Part shown: piece after piece, positions 41,393-52,503 of the stretch | Numbering within the stretch: the stretch's first letter is position 1 | How the letters are laid out: every line of letters starts with the position of its first letter | Origin: Phoronis australis | Lineage: Eukaryota > Animalia > Phoronida | Direction of reading: 5' to 3' | DNA: 64,000 nucleotides | Assembly (NCBI GenBank): GCA_002633005.1 | Contig: NMRA01000392.1 | Location: forward strand, 62,001 to 126,000 | The notes under the pieces: model-generated | Told to the model about the DNA's origin: nothing | Seen by the model: the letters and a program-made list of their open reading frames with translations, nothing else | Database searches by the model: none | Position numbers and translations under genes: made by a program

Positions 41393-42189
41393 AACAAGCT
41401 ACATTTGGTCGTTGTTTAGCAGAAAATACATGTGCCATTTTCGATATCGTAACTTTAGGGCTGGCCAACCCCAATAAGCTCTGAAGCCTTTTCCTGAGCC
41501 ATTGATGGTTTCGCTGTTCTTGAAATTGAATCCAGCTATCACAGTATTAAGGAATATTAGGAGACCAATATTATGAGGGTAAAAGGCCTAATTCGATTAT
41601 TGTTTTTAGCCTGTTTAAAAACAGGGTAAAAAGCAATTACAATGACTTACTAATACCTATTAAAGAATTGGGAGACATTTGAATTGGGCAATCATATGAC
41701 CTATTTGTACTTTGACAATTTCTAAATAGCATTAATCTATTGCTTTTTTGTCTAATTGTGTGTTTGGATTTCAAAGTTATTCTGGGTGTATACTTGTCAT
41801 CTTTGGAAGCAAAATGTGCTCAGACTTTCAATTGTTTCATTATCTGTAAGTGAGCTCATACGACATGGTAAAGTTTTATTCTTGCATTTGTTTTGAGAGC
41901 ACCAGCATATGATTATTATATTCATGTCATAACAGCACGAAAATATATCAAACATAGTAACCTAAGATTCAGTACTTTTAATCAAATAAATAGTATGTCT
42001 TCAAAATCTTGGTTACCTAACCTTTAATCAAGGAAGTGACCACAACAGAAACCAAGTGTTATGATTATAATTGAGAACTAGAGTGTCTTGCTACCTGACT
42101 GTGTCTGACTTAGAAACAAAGCCACTTTAAAACCAAAATTCTGTCTGAACTTCACTGATTTATCAAACTTGCAAATCTCAATGAAAACT

Positions 42190-42272
42190 TCGATTCAGGA
42201 CTGAAGTTAAGCATTCGTACATACCGTAACTCCCCAAAACATCCACGTGTCCACGTTAGTATGAAAGGTCCT
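42190..42272 (+). mobile_element. PIF/Harbinger-type MITE family, terminal fragment
   Basis: caggactgaagttaagcattc...aactccccaaaacatc...gttagtatgaaaggtcct matches the right end of copies 2-3. Confidence 0.7.
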
Positions 42273-43334
42273 ATAGTCTAATAGAATCATATACTTATTA
42301 TTGGCAGCAAATTGTAAAAACATAAACCCAAGCCTTTGAATTGTTGTTCGTACCCCATATAAGGATATTTAAATATTATTACTTGCACAGAAAAGTGTTT
42401 CCTAAGTTTAGTTCAATGAAAATGAAAATTGTTCAAGACTATAAGTGTAGCTTTGGCGGGAAGATAGAAAAATTTATCCATTTATTTTTCGAATGTTATT
42501 TTACCAAAAAACTGAGGTCCAAAGTGCAAACAATGTTAAGAAAAGTATTATCTAATGAAATATGTTAATCTGAAGAAGCAATATTAATAAATTAGTTTGG
42601 TTCCAATTATAATGAGGTTAATATAGTATTAACTATAACACAATTATATTATATATATAATTATGTATGTAGCAAGGATCAAACTATTCCCAAGTTTAAT
42701 AATTTTAAAACCTTACAAAAAGTTTGAGTACCTACAACTAATATTTTGTGAAATAAAAACAAGGCCACAGTAAATCACTGTAAAGTCAGAGCTAGGGTTC
42801 TGTTAAACCTGGAAATGATTTATTTACAACCCAGAAAGTAATTTCCAAGCTGGTTAGATATCCTGAAGAGAGTGAAGCCAGAGTAACTCTAACTTGATTA
42901 TGGTATGGCCATCAGGTAAATTACATTAGGTATGCCTGAACACAGGAACATATGGGGATACCAATAGTAGTGCTGTTCTGATGTACCGTACTTTGAAATC
43001 CCAGAAATATTTCAGGAAATTTTTTTACCAATTCCACAATAAATGACATGTCCCCAAAGAATTCATCAATACTGGGAAGTTATGATGCCTCTATTCAGGC
43101 AAACACCGACAGTAACACAAAAAGGATGACCTTTTCAGGGAAGCTCCCCACAAATGGGTCCCTTTTTTCCAAGTCCACTCTCTGAGTGGATATCCTAATT
43201 TAGCAGTTGCACCTCTCCAAGCCAAAAATGTAGTGCAATACCTGAGAGATTCATTCCCACGATTTAAAAAAATAGCACGTTCAATTCCCAACTTCTCAGG
43301 GTGCTAAAGACCAATGATTCACGACTGCATTTTA

Positions 43335-44591
43335 TGGTGCTTTCACATTAGAGGCGAAACTTCGCCTTTACCAAAGTTTCGGTAAGTGGGAAAGGTTAAC
43401 TCTGGTAGTTAATCTGCAAACAAAACTTCGCTGAAAATAGTAGGATTTAAAAGCGAAGCTGTGGTACTAAACGAAACTTCGGTGTAGTGCCGGAACTATC
43501 AGAGCGAAGCTTCATCAAAGTTATCGGTAGAGGTCATGGCAATGATATACGATCACAAAAGACTCTCAAAATGTGTTCTTTGTTATTGCAGCATAGCCGA
43601 CGTGCTCTCAATAGATGCACGAAAATAAATAAATGAAAGTATATCTGATGAAGAATGACACTGATCATTCACATAAACACTGTAAACTGAAGCTACCCAT
43701 TGATACAAATAGAGAATGAAGTGTAATTTAAATTGTCAATATTATCGAAAAAAAAGTTGGGGATTTTTTCATGCAACACCCCCAATTTAAGGACTAAGTC
43801 CATTTATTTTCAATGAACTCTGGGCTCAGTTTTCAGTTATGTTTATTTAGTAGAAAATGTCATTAATCAAAGAGGAGCTCATAATAAAGATGAAATGATA
43901 GAAAAATATTGCATCTCAATAAGTCCATAAAGACACAAATACACAAAAAGACTTAGGGACCTACTTCAAACTGTTTCGTGCAACAGGTCACAGACCCTTT
44001 CTTAGATCAGCATGATAACCTACAGACAAAAAATTCACCTTTCCCATTAACCAGGTTTCATTGTCCAAACTTTAGCTCCACTTTACTGAAGCGTTGCTAT
44101 GCTGGATTGCCGATTCAATCCAAATACTTACTGGTTAAGAGAATTAGGCAATCACTAAATACTGGACCCGTATTTTAGTGGAGGAAACTGGTTCTCTACA
44201 TCAGAGATGGCTATATCGCACCAGTGTCCTTAATTATCAGAATCTCGGTTTTGTCTGATCACCAGTTACCACTGACTACTAGTCCAGTTTAAGATTTGCC
44301 ACTTAGACAGTAAACAGTGAGCAACATCTAGAGCGAGCAAAATGTCGGGAAGAACTCCACAAGTGGCAAGACACTTTAGAACGGTCAATAAAAATACTTC
44401 TGACCTAACCTTTTGCATTGCGCTAACATAATCGTATTAACTTTGGTGTGCTCTTTTCAAGCGTACTAACTTTCAAACCATCCCAAACTTAAACCCGTAT
44501 CAACCAAATTTTGTACAGGGTCTAAAATTATAGTGACTGAGAAAAAGGAATTGTTATTCCACCGTTCTAAATTTGTAATGTGAAAGGCACT
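43335..44591. mobile_element. Harbinger-like non-autonomous element
   Basis: Ends TGGTGCTTTCACATTA / TAATGTGAAAGGCACT, with repeated subterminal cgaaacttcg/cgaagct motifs on the left; flanks are tta and ata. Confidence 0.55.
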
Positions 44592-45607
44592 ATAGTGTGG
44601 CACGTTACTCTAAAGGAGTCTACAATTTGAAGTTTATTGTATCCTAATCTTTTTTATTGTGGACAGGCAAATGAACTCCCTGTAGCAAGTTTACACAGTC
44701 ATTTACTGAAATAGTTTCTAAACATTGAACACAGCATAAGGTGCCTAAATTTGAGTCAGGGTGAGCGCTTGGAAGCTCGCTTGATGAAGGACTGAAGTAA
44801 CTAACACTCCCTCCCCACACCGGTCTATCACGTTACATGTGACACTAGTTTCCCAGAAGAGCACCTTTGGTTTTATAACAATTTTTGCAGTCAAGGTCCG
44901 GTATCAAAAAAGCCAATTTCCGACAAACCACTGCAAATTACAGTACAATTAAGCTCCCAGGGTACTAATCAATTTTGTATTCACCACAACTGGCAAAATT
45001 AGTCGCATGCACATTAGTCGCTGGATAAAGTGAAAATTACAACAACAAGGCAAGGTGTAACACTGATCGAACGTACTTGAAGGCAGTGCGACAGTCAGTA
45101 ATAATATGAGTGCTGTGGCAATGCTTTTCACAATTTAAAAAAGAACTGATTGGTCAGCTTTGAGAAGTTGAACAGCTGCTGATCAAAATTAAATCTGATC
45201 AAAACGTGAAAATGAAAGTGCAAAGCCTTTAACTTCAAGTTGAGAGTCCATTACAGACCCAATGTTAACTTACACAGTCAGGTTAATGTAAGGTGAGCAC
45301 TCAGCCTCGAGGCAAAAGTGTTTGGGAGAAGTTTGGTCAGTGAGAAAAGTCAGTCAAAAATATTCGCTAAGTGAATAAAGGCGTCAACAGAGGAGTTCAA
45401 ATTTCGGTTTTACCGTATATACACGTAATTCCCTGAAATAATGTGATTAAATAATTTTGCTCACTGCGCAGGCATTTGCACAAAGCTTTGGTTTTTGTAG
45501 GCAGAGGTCAGGCAATCCCTCTTTCAAGTGCATGTCTCAGAAACTCAGGGTGTGATTGTGCATACTCAGTAGTAAACAAAAATATTGAAAATTCATGAAT
45601 ATTACTA

Positions 45608-48533
45608 CTGTATTCACCGTAATAACCGCCCATGCCCCTATACGCGCCCCCCACGCGTTTTCAGACTTTGCTAAAATAAGCGCCCAGTCCATGAACGTGT
45701 ACATGCGAAAAATGCTTTACCTACAGCCCTAAAATTCTACAGTAACGTCTTCAATTTATCGATAATATCCGACAGTCCTAAAAAAACCATTGTGCACAGA
45801 ATTTGTAGACCATGAGCCTCGCCGCTATGTCGGTATTTAGCCGTGACTATACACTTCAAACTTCCGCCATGCCTCAAAACGAACACAAAAGTTTTGCTGA
45901 TCTTGCGAGGCCCAATGGTCTAGCCTTTCAGAACAGACGTAGTGTACTTGTCTACGAGATTGCTTTGTAAATATTTCTCGCTTTCAACAGGAATCCAAAT
46001 TTCTTTGTACACATGAAAACTGTGAATCGAAGACTACAAAAAAGCTTGGACTGAGTGTTAAAAGCACGTGGCCAGGAAGCGCGCGCTACATACATGAACC
46101 TGTCATCGAAGACATTAGTCGGGAACTATCCATTCAGGAAACGCCGTAGCATAGCATCGGCAAGAAATGAGTATTGGCACTAATTTCCGACAGTTTCTAA
46201 TACTATAAATAAATTGTCGCGTTATTTTTAAAATGAATTGTTTGATTACCATATTCGCCATAATAACCGCCTAGGGCGCTTAGAAAAATTCGGTTCAGGC
46301 GGGCCCTTATTATAACCCAAGGCGGTTGAAACCCGGTCTCCGAAACGGGTGAAATCGGAAGCTAAGTTTCATCAAATTTACGCTCTGTGACGAATCTGTA
46401 ATCTATGAAAGACTTTTAACAAAACTGTGGTGCATTGCTATCAAACTTTGCTACTAAATTACGATCATTTTACAGAAAATTGTGCTAAAATACCAGGGCG
46501 AAAACTCGCCGACTGACTGCCTCGAAATCGCCGTCTTCGATATGGCGGCTTGAATAAAAATAGTTTCGACTCAAGCAAATTACCTGAAATCTTCATTAGT
46601 TTTTTCTAAAGTCTCTAAGATTTTTTCTTAAGTTCCTGTGGAGTCTGGATTAACGGCAGGTTTAAGTACAAATCTGTGCAACATCGTGCCATCAACATGT
46701 ATGATCGGCAACACGGCGAGAAAAATGTCTGGACGAACACACATGTTGTTAACACGTGACGTTTGTTTTGAAGTTCGTCTGCGTTTGCGAGTAAGCGAGC
46801 GCGTGAGTTCACTTGCCAAAGCAGAGACAGTCTTTTGGTCAGAGCCACGCAATCTAACGCGCTAGATGTGCATTAGTTGTGTCTAAAGAAATTTGCACAA
46901 GCAGTAGACCTAAACCAGAGCGTGTTTCATTCAGCACTTGCCGGTCTCGTGTGCTAAAAACGTTCGACATTTATCTCGGTAAGGCCCATATTAGTCGCCG
47001 TGTAGCTGGATGCGTATGCACATGTAAGTACCTGACAGTTATTTTTCGGTGTAAGGGTGTGTAAGCATTCACTGTCAGTTGTCATTTTATCGGATATTCC
47101 GCTTAAAAACACCAATTATGGTTAATCAAACAATCTATCTCAAAAATAACGCAAACATGTTTTATAGTATTAGAAATTGTCGGAAATTAGTGCCAATATT
47201 CATTTCTTATCGATGCTATGTTACCCGTTTTATGAATGGATAGTTCCCAACTAATGTCTTTGATGACAGGTTCATATATGTAGCGCGCGCTTCTTGGCCA
47301 TGTGTGTTTTAACACCAAGTTATTTTTCTTCATGAGACAGTCGATGTGTCTACTGAAAGGTCAGACCATAGCAGGACACGATCGTCGCGTGAGAAGCAAC
47401 GCTGTTGCGTTCTTTTTGAAGCGATACGTTACTTTGAAATGTATAGTCACGGCTAAATACAAACGTAGCAGTGCCGCTGGTGGTCTAGAAGACCCGTGCA
47501 AAAAATTTTTGATAAATTGAAGACGTTACTCTAGCCGAGCTTTAGGACTGTAGGTACGTCATTGTTCGCATGTACACATGGGCGCTTATTTCAGCAAAGT
47601 CTGAAAACGCATGGGGGGTGCTTATAGGGGCATGGGCGATTGTTACGGCGAATACGGTAACCGTAATTGGTGTTTTTAAGCCAAATATCCGATGAAATGA
47701 CCACTGAATGCTTACACACCCAGGTTACACTGAAAAATAACTGTCAGATAGTTACGTACGCATCCAGACACATGGCGACTATTAATGCGGGCCTTACCGA
47801 GACAAATGTCGAACGTTTTTGGCACATGAGACCGGCAAGTGCTGAATGAAACACGCTCTGATTTAGGCCTACTGCTTGTGCAAATTTCTTTACATACAAT
47901 GCACATCCAGCTCGTTAGATTGCGAGGCTCTGGCCAAAAGACGGTCTCTGCTCTGGCAAATGAACTCTGGTGACACACACGCGCTTGCTTACTCACAAAT
48001 GCAGACGAACTTCAAAACAAACGTCACATGACAACAACATGTGTGTTCATCCAGACATTTTTCTCATGTTGCCGATCATACATGCAGATGGCATAATGTA
48101 GCACAGATTTGTACTTAAACCTGCCATTAATCCCGACTCCAAGGGAACTTAAAAATCTTAGGGACGATACTTGGAAAACTTCAGGATTCAGGTAATTTGT
48201 TTGAGTAGAAACTGTATTTTATTCAAGCATTCAAGTCGCCATATCAACGATTGCCAGGCAGTCAGTGGGCCAGTTTTCGCCCTGGGATTTCAGCACAATT
48301 TTCTGTAAAATGATCGTAATTTAGCAGCAAAAGTTGATAGCAATGCACCAGAGTTTTGTAAAAAAGTCTTTCATAGATTACAGATATGTCACAGAGCGTA
48401 AATATGATGAATCTTAGCTTCCGATTTCACCCGTTTCGGAGACCGGGTTTCAACGGCCTTGGGTTATAATAAGCGCCCCCCCTATGAAACAAACTTTTCT
48501 AAGCGCCCTGGGCGGTTATTATGGCGAATATAG
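45608..48533 (-). mobile_element. HIRAN-like-bearing Tc2/pogo-like element, outer copy (inverted), interrupted by a same-family copy
   Basis: TA|CTGTATTCACCGTAATAACCGCCC ... GGGCGGTTATTATGGCGAATATAG|TA. Segments 45608-46248 plus 47660-48533 together form the reverse complement of the inner copy. Confidence 0.85.
46249..47657 (+). mobile_element. HIRAN-like-bearing Tc2/pogo-like element, inner nested copy
   Basis: TA|CCATATTCGCCATAATAACCGCC ... GGCGATTGTTACGGCGAATACGG|TA; relic reading LLKGQTIAGH...LKCIVTAKYKRSSAAGGLEDPC. Confidence 0.87.
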
Positions 48534-49946
48534 TACTTTGTAAATAACTTGTAGTTTGGTTTTATTCAAATGTTTTGCATATAGCCACAACATCAAACCC
48601 AATTCAGCACAGAGACACAGGTAACCACAAGTACTGTAGGCAAATGGGTCTAAATAGGTCATGATTTCAAGTCATCTGAGTGAATGGGTCTGTTGTGTGT
48701 CAACAATGACCAGTGTCCTGTTGGTATTTTTTACCTTTACTGCCAACTGCCTCACAGGGCTTTGCTGCTTTTAAGGTTATCTCAAACATTTACTCACAAA
48801 AATTAGCCATTCTTACAATATTTCACATGTGTCTAGCTAAATACCAAGTATCTTCATTCTCAGGGAACTTCAAATACAAAATATATATTGTGTAGTTAAA
48901 TTGGTTCCAAATGACCTACTACAGTAGGTTTAGATTCAATCAATTTAAACAAAACCTGCCTGCATTTAACACACTTCCTAAAGTGACTTGTCCTGCAAAC
49001 ACAGTTCAAATAGACTGAAAGTCCCCAATGTAAATGGGATTTGAGTGTGTATTAATTTTTCATCAAAACTTGGTTTTCTAGCTGTAACCTTGAAAATGAG
49101 GTCAAGGTTACAAAATTAGACTGGACCACTGAGATGCCCCTTCTACACCTTGGAACAAAATTTTCTGTCATGATAATTGCGCTAACATTGAACATTCTCA
49201 AAAATTGTCAATTGGCTGTGAACCACAATAATGACGCCAAGGTCACTAAAAGTGAGGACTAACTGGAAATGCCCCACATACACTTTGGTACAAAATATAA
49301 ACGAAATCTTATTCTCTCTGTTTGAGGAACAAGTCCCTGTGCTCCTACAAATCCTCTACAAAGCTATTCGTAGAAGGTGAGACAGTCTCTGGAAGTGACA
49401 CCACAGACTTGAATTTTAGCTAAAGAGTATTTGTCACAATAATCGTTTATACCAGTCAAAACCGAAACCAACAAATGTTGGTTGTATATAGCGACCGTCT
49501 TGGCCATTATTTTTGACGACCAGAATTTTATTTTGGATGGGTTAGACGGGATGGACAGTATTAAAAAAGACAGGCAATATTAACAGCTCAAATAATAATG
49601 CTATCAGTTATTTCAGAAATAAGACATTTATTGTGCAAAAAATGCTTTCTTAGCACATTTTTCAACATTACATGCGCCCCATGACACTGATCAGACTTGC
49701 CAGAAGCCCAACTGTTAATGGGAACCCATGTGATTTTATAAAGCAATGAATAACGTTTCTTCCACTGCCTTGTCATTTATTGTAAAAACTCTGAGCAGAT
49801 GGCATGATAGACATTTTTTTACAATCAACTACATAAAATCTGCAGTTTTACAAAATTCCAAGTAAATGATAGTATGGGTTATCGACTATCAATTAGTGCC
49901 AACGGAATGTCTTTGGACAGTGAAGAGCAGAGGACATGGTACTTAC

Positions 49947-50363
49947 CTTGAATGGACCTCTTGAAGAAAGCCTTGCATGCCTCACACGAGCTAACACCGT
50001 AGTGATAACCGGACGACACATCACCACAGACCAGGCAGAGTCTACGTTCGCTACTAGCTCCATTCTCCGAGTCATCAAGGTCAGAAAGCGAGTATGTGCT
50101 TGAGATTAGGAAGTCCTGGCTGGTAAAGCTCGATTTCCTATCCAGCTGAGTGCTACTAGAGGGCGAGGGCACTTCGAAGTTGCCGTCGAATGACGGGTCA
50201 TTGCCCTTGCTGGCTGTGAAAGTCTCGTCATCCGACTCAAACGAGTCGCCCATGTCAGGAAAGACGCGTAAGGTACTGTTCTGCTCACTCAACCATACTG
50301 GCTCCGACTTGATAGCAGAGACGCCATTACACATGTTGAAGGTAGACATGTCTTCTAGGCATG
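49947..50363 (-). CDS. ERR: Exon of an estrogen-related receptor (NR3B/ERR): N-terminal A/B region plus first zinc finger of the DNA-binding domain
   Basis: Translation ...IKSEP...[34 protein letters not shown]; the CEACKA P-box is typical of ERR (ER has CEGCKA). Minus-strand acceptor ttttcctattgttacag| lies before 50363 and donor CAAG|GTAAGT after 49947, at the conserved phase-1 position after IQ-G. The first in-frame ATG inside the exon is at 50349. Confidence 0.93.
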
Positions 50364-50553
50364 CTGTAACAATAGGAAAAGTAACATTTTCAAATGTATA
50401 GTCCCACTTTACGAGATAATTCTTCATCAATTTGGCACACAATATGGCAAATCGGTGAAATTTTTGTCAATAGATTAATATTAATTTTACCAACCTTACT
50501 TAAGACGCTTCTAATGTTTTAACATGAAAAAGTTTTACAACCTTTGTTCCCTG

Positions 50554-50822
50554 AGGCCCATTCCAACAAACTGACTTAAGTTCATTTTTGACTAAGTCTA
50601 AGATTTGTCTCTATACCTCCAAACTTTGAAGCTTCCATATCCGGTAAGTTAGTCCCAATTAAGAAAAAAATTAAGTCAAAAAATTAAGTAATAAACTGAA
50701 GTCAAACTAATTTTTTTTCTAGAAATGGACTCGGTTGAGGAGACAAATTCAAGTTTTATCTCAAAATTGACTGAAATTTATAAGATTAATCTCGGCCAAG
50801 TCAGTTTTCTTGGAACGGGCCC
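50554..50822. mobile_element. Harbinger-like MITE ~190 bp upstream of the ERR exon acceptor
   Basis: AGGCCCATTCCAACAAACTGACTT / AAGTCAGTTTTCTTGGAACGGGCCC with CTG on both flanks. Confidence 0.7.
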
Positions 50823-51217
50823 CTGGACTATAAATCCACAGGTAATCAGTACATGAACACTACATTTTGCTAAAAACTGTACATAAATGTCATAACTTCG
50901 CAATATGATCGACAGAAGAATCCCAGGCTTTCCGTCTGATTAAGATGGATCACACAGTGAGAATTATAACTCAAATACTGTGGCAATGTGTATTTCTTCC
51001 ATCTTCAATGACTGATCTGCCAAATAACACAGGCCAGAAAAATATCCATGTATGACTATGAAAATTGACTATTTCGCTTGTTTAAACTCACCAACTTTTT
51101 CACAAAAATGGTAGAAACTAAATTTTAACAATCAGAGAATATCAAAGAGAAAACATAGACAGAAAATGTGTGATAATTCTAGGCATCATAACTCTAGGTA
51201 AACCTACCGTAATTAAA

Positions 51218-52503
51218 AACAAAAGCAACGTGGAGCGTTCAAATGCGCCCACGAATGCATAGCAAATGGTGTGCTTTTTGGTTTATTTATTTGTATCATA
51301 AAAATGGCCACTAGATGGCACAAAAACATACAATTAATCCAAGAACAGGAACATGCCATATTTCATAAAAATCTGTCAAGGAACTTCAGAGAAACATAGG
51401 AGAACAGAACAAAATGAAATTGCCACTAGAGGGCACAGTGTCCGTTAGATCTGCCTGAAAGTCACCGTCTGTTGTTATCTTCATGTAAACACACTTACAA
51501 AATTTAGTAAAGATCCTGCAGTGGGTTTAGGAGATACAATTATGGGCACAAAACAAAACTACCACTAGGAAGCGCCACAGTAGTCAGTCACCATCATCAA
51601 AGGTCCTCTTCACACTGAGAACAAATATGCCAATTTTCAAATGATTTGGTTGATACAGGGGTGGACGCCAAAAACAAGATTTGAAAACAGCAAAAATGGC
51701 CACTAGGCGGTGCAAAATACCTCGATTCCATCCAAAAACAGAAAGATAGCCTCATCACACCAATATATGCCTATATTTAAAATTTTATGAAAATCTGTTG
51801 AGGACCTTTGAAGATACAGAGTTAAACTTAAAAAACTAAAATTGCCACTAGGGGCCACAGCAGTTGTCATATCTGTCCAAAAGTCATCGTCATCCATAGT
51901 CAACATCATATATTAATACACTTGCTAAATTAAGTAAAGATCCTGCAAACGGTTTAGGAGATACAGCCAATAGGTGCAAAAAAAACAAAACTGCCACAAA
52001 GAGGGACCACAGTAGTCAAAATAGTCGGAAAATCATCGTCAACCGTCCTCTTTATAGCTAACACATACATGCCAATTTTCACAATCATCCTTTGAGCAGT
52101 TTGGTTGATACAGGGGTGGACGCCAAAAAAACAAACTCGAATATAGCAAAAATGGCCACTAGGTGGCACAAATTACGTCAAATCCATCTGAAAACGAGAG
52201 GATAGTTTCATTTCACTAATAGATGCCTAAATTCCAAATTTTATGAATCTACGTCGAGGACTTCGGAAGATATATAGAGATAAGCGTAAAAAACTAAAAT
52301 TGCCACTAGGGGGCACACTGGTAGTCGGAGAGGTCCAAAATTTGTCGTCATTTGTCATCAGCTTCATAGGAACACAACTGCCAAATCTCATCAAGATCCT
52401 GTGAGGGGTTTAGGAGATACAGCAGCAAATGCCGGACGACGGACGCCCGGACAGACAGAGATGACGGCAATATGTGACCACATATAAATATGTGGGCGCA
52501 TAA
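51218..52503 (-). mobile_element. Helentron-associated non-autonomous element (HINE/DINE-1-like), copy 1
   Basis: Subterminal inverted repeat ATGCGCCCAC / GTGGGCGCAT, terminal hairpin aacgtggagcgtt, a GGAC/AGAC microsatellite, internal ~115-160-bp tandem units and A/T-run flanks. Confidence 0.75.

Noticed and set aside
49879-50442. Whole 187-aa ORF as a single-exon protein
   Set aside because: Strong splice sites at 50363 and 49947 bound the homologous part; the flanks are intronic read-through.
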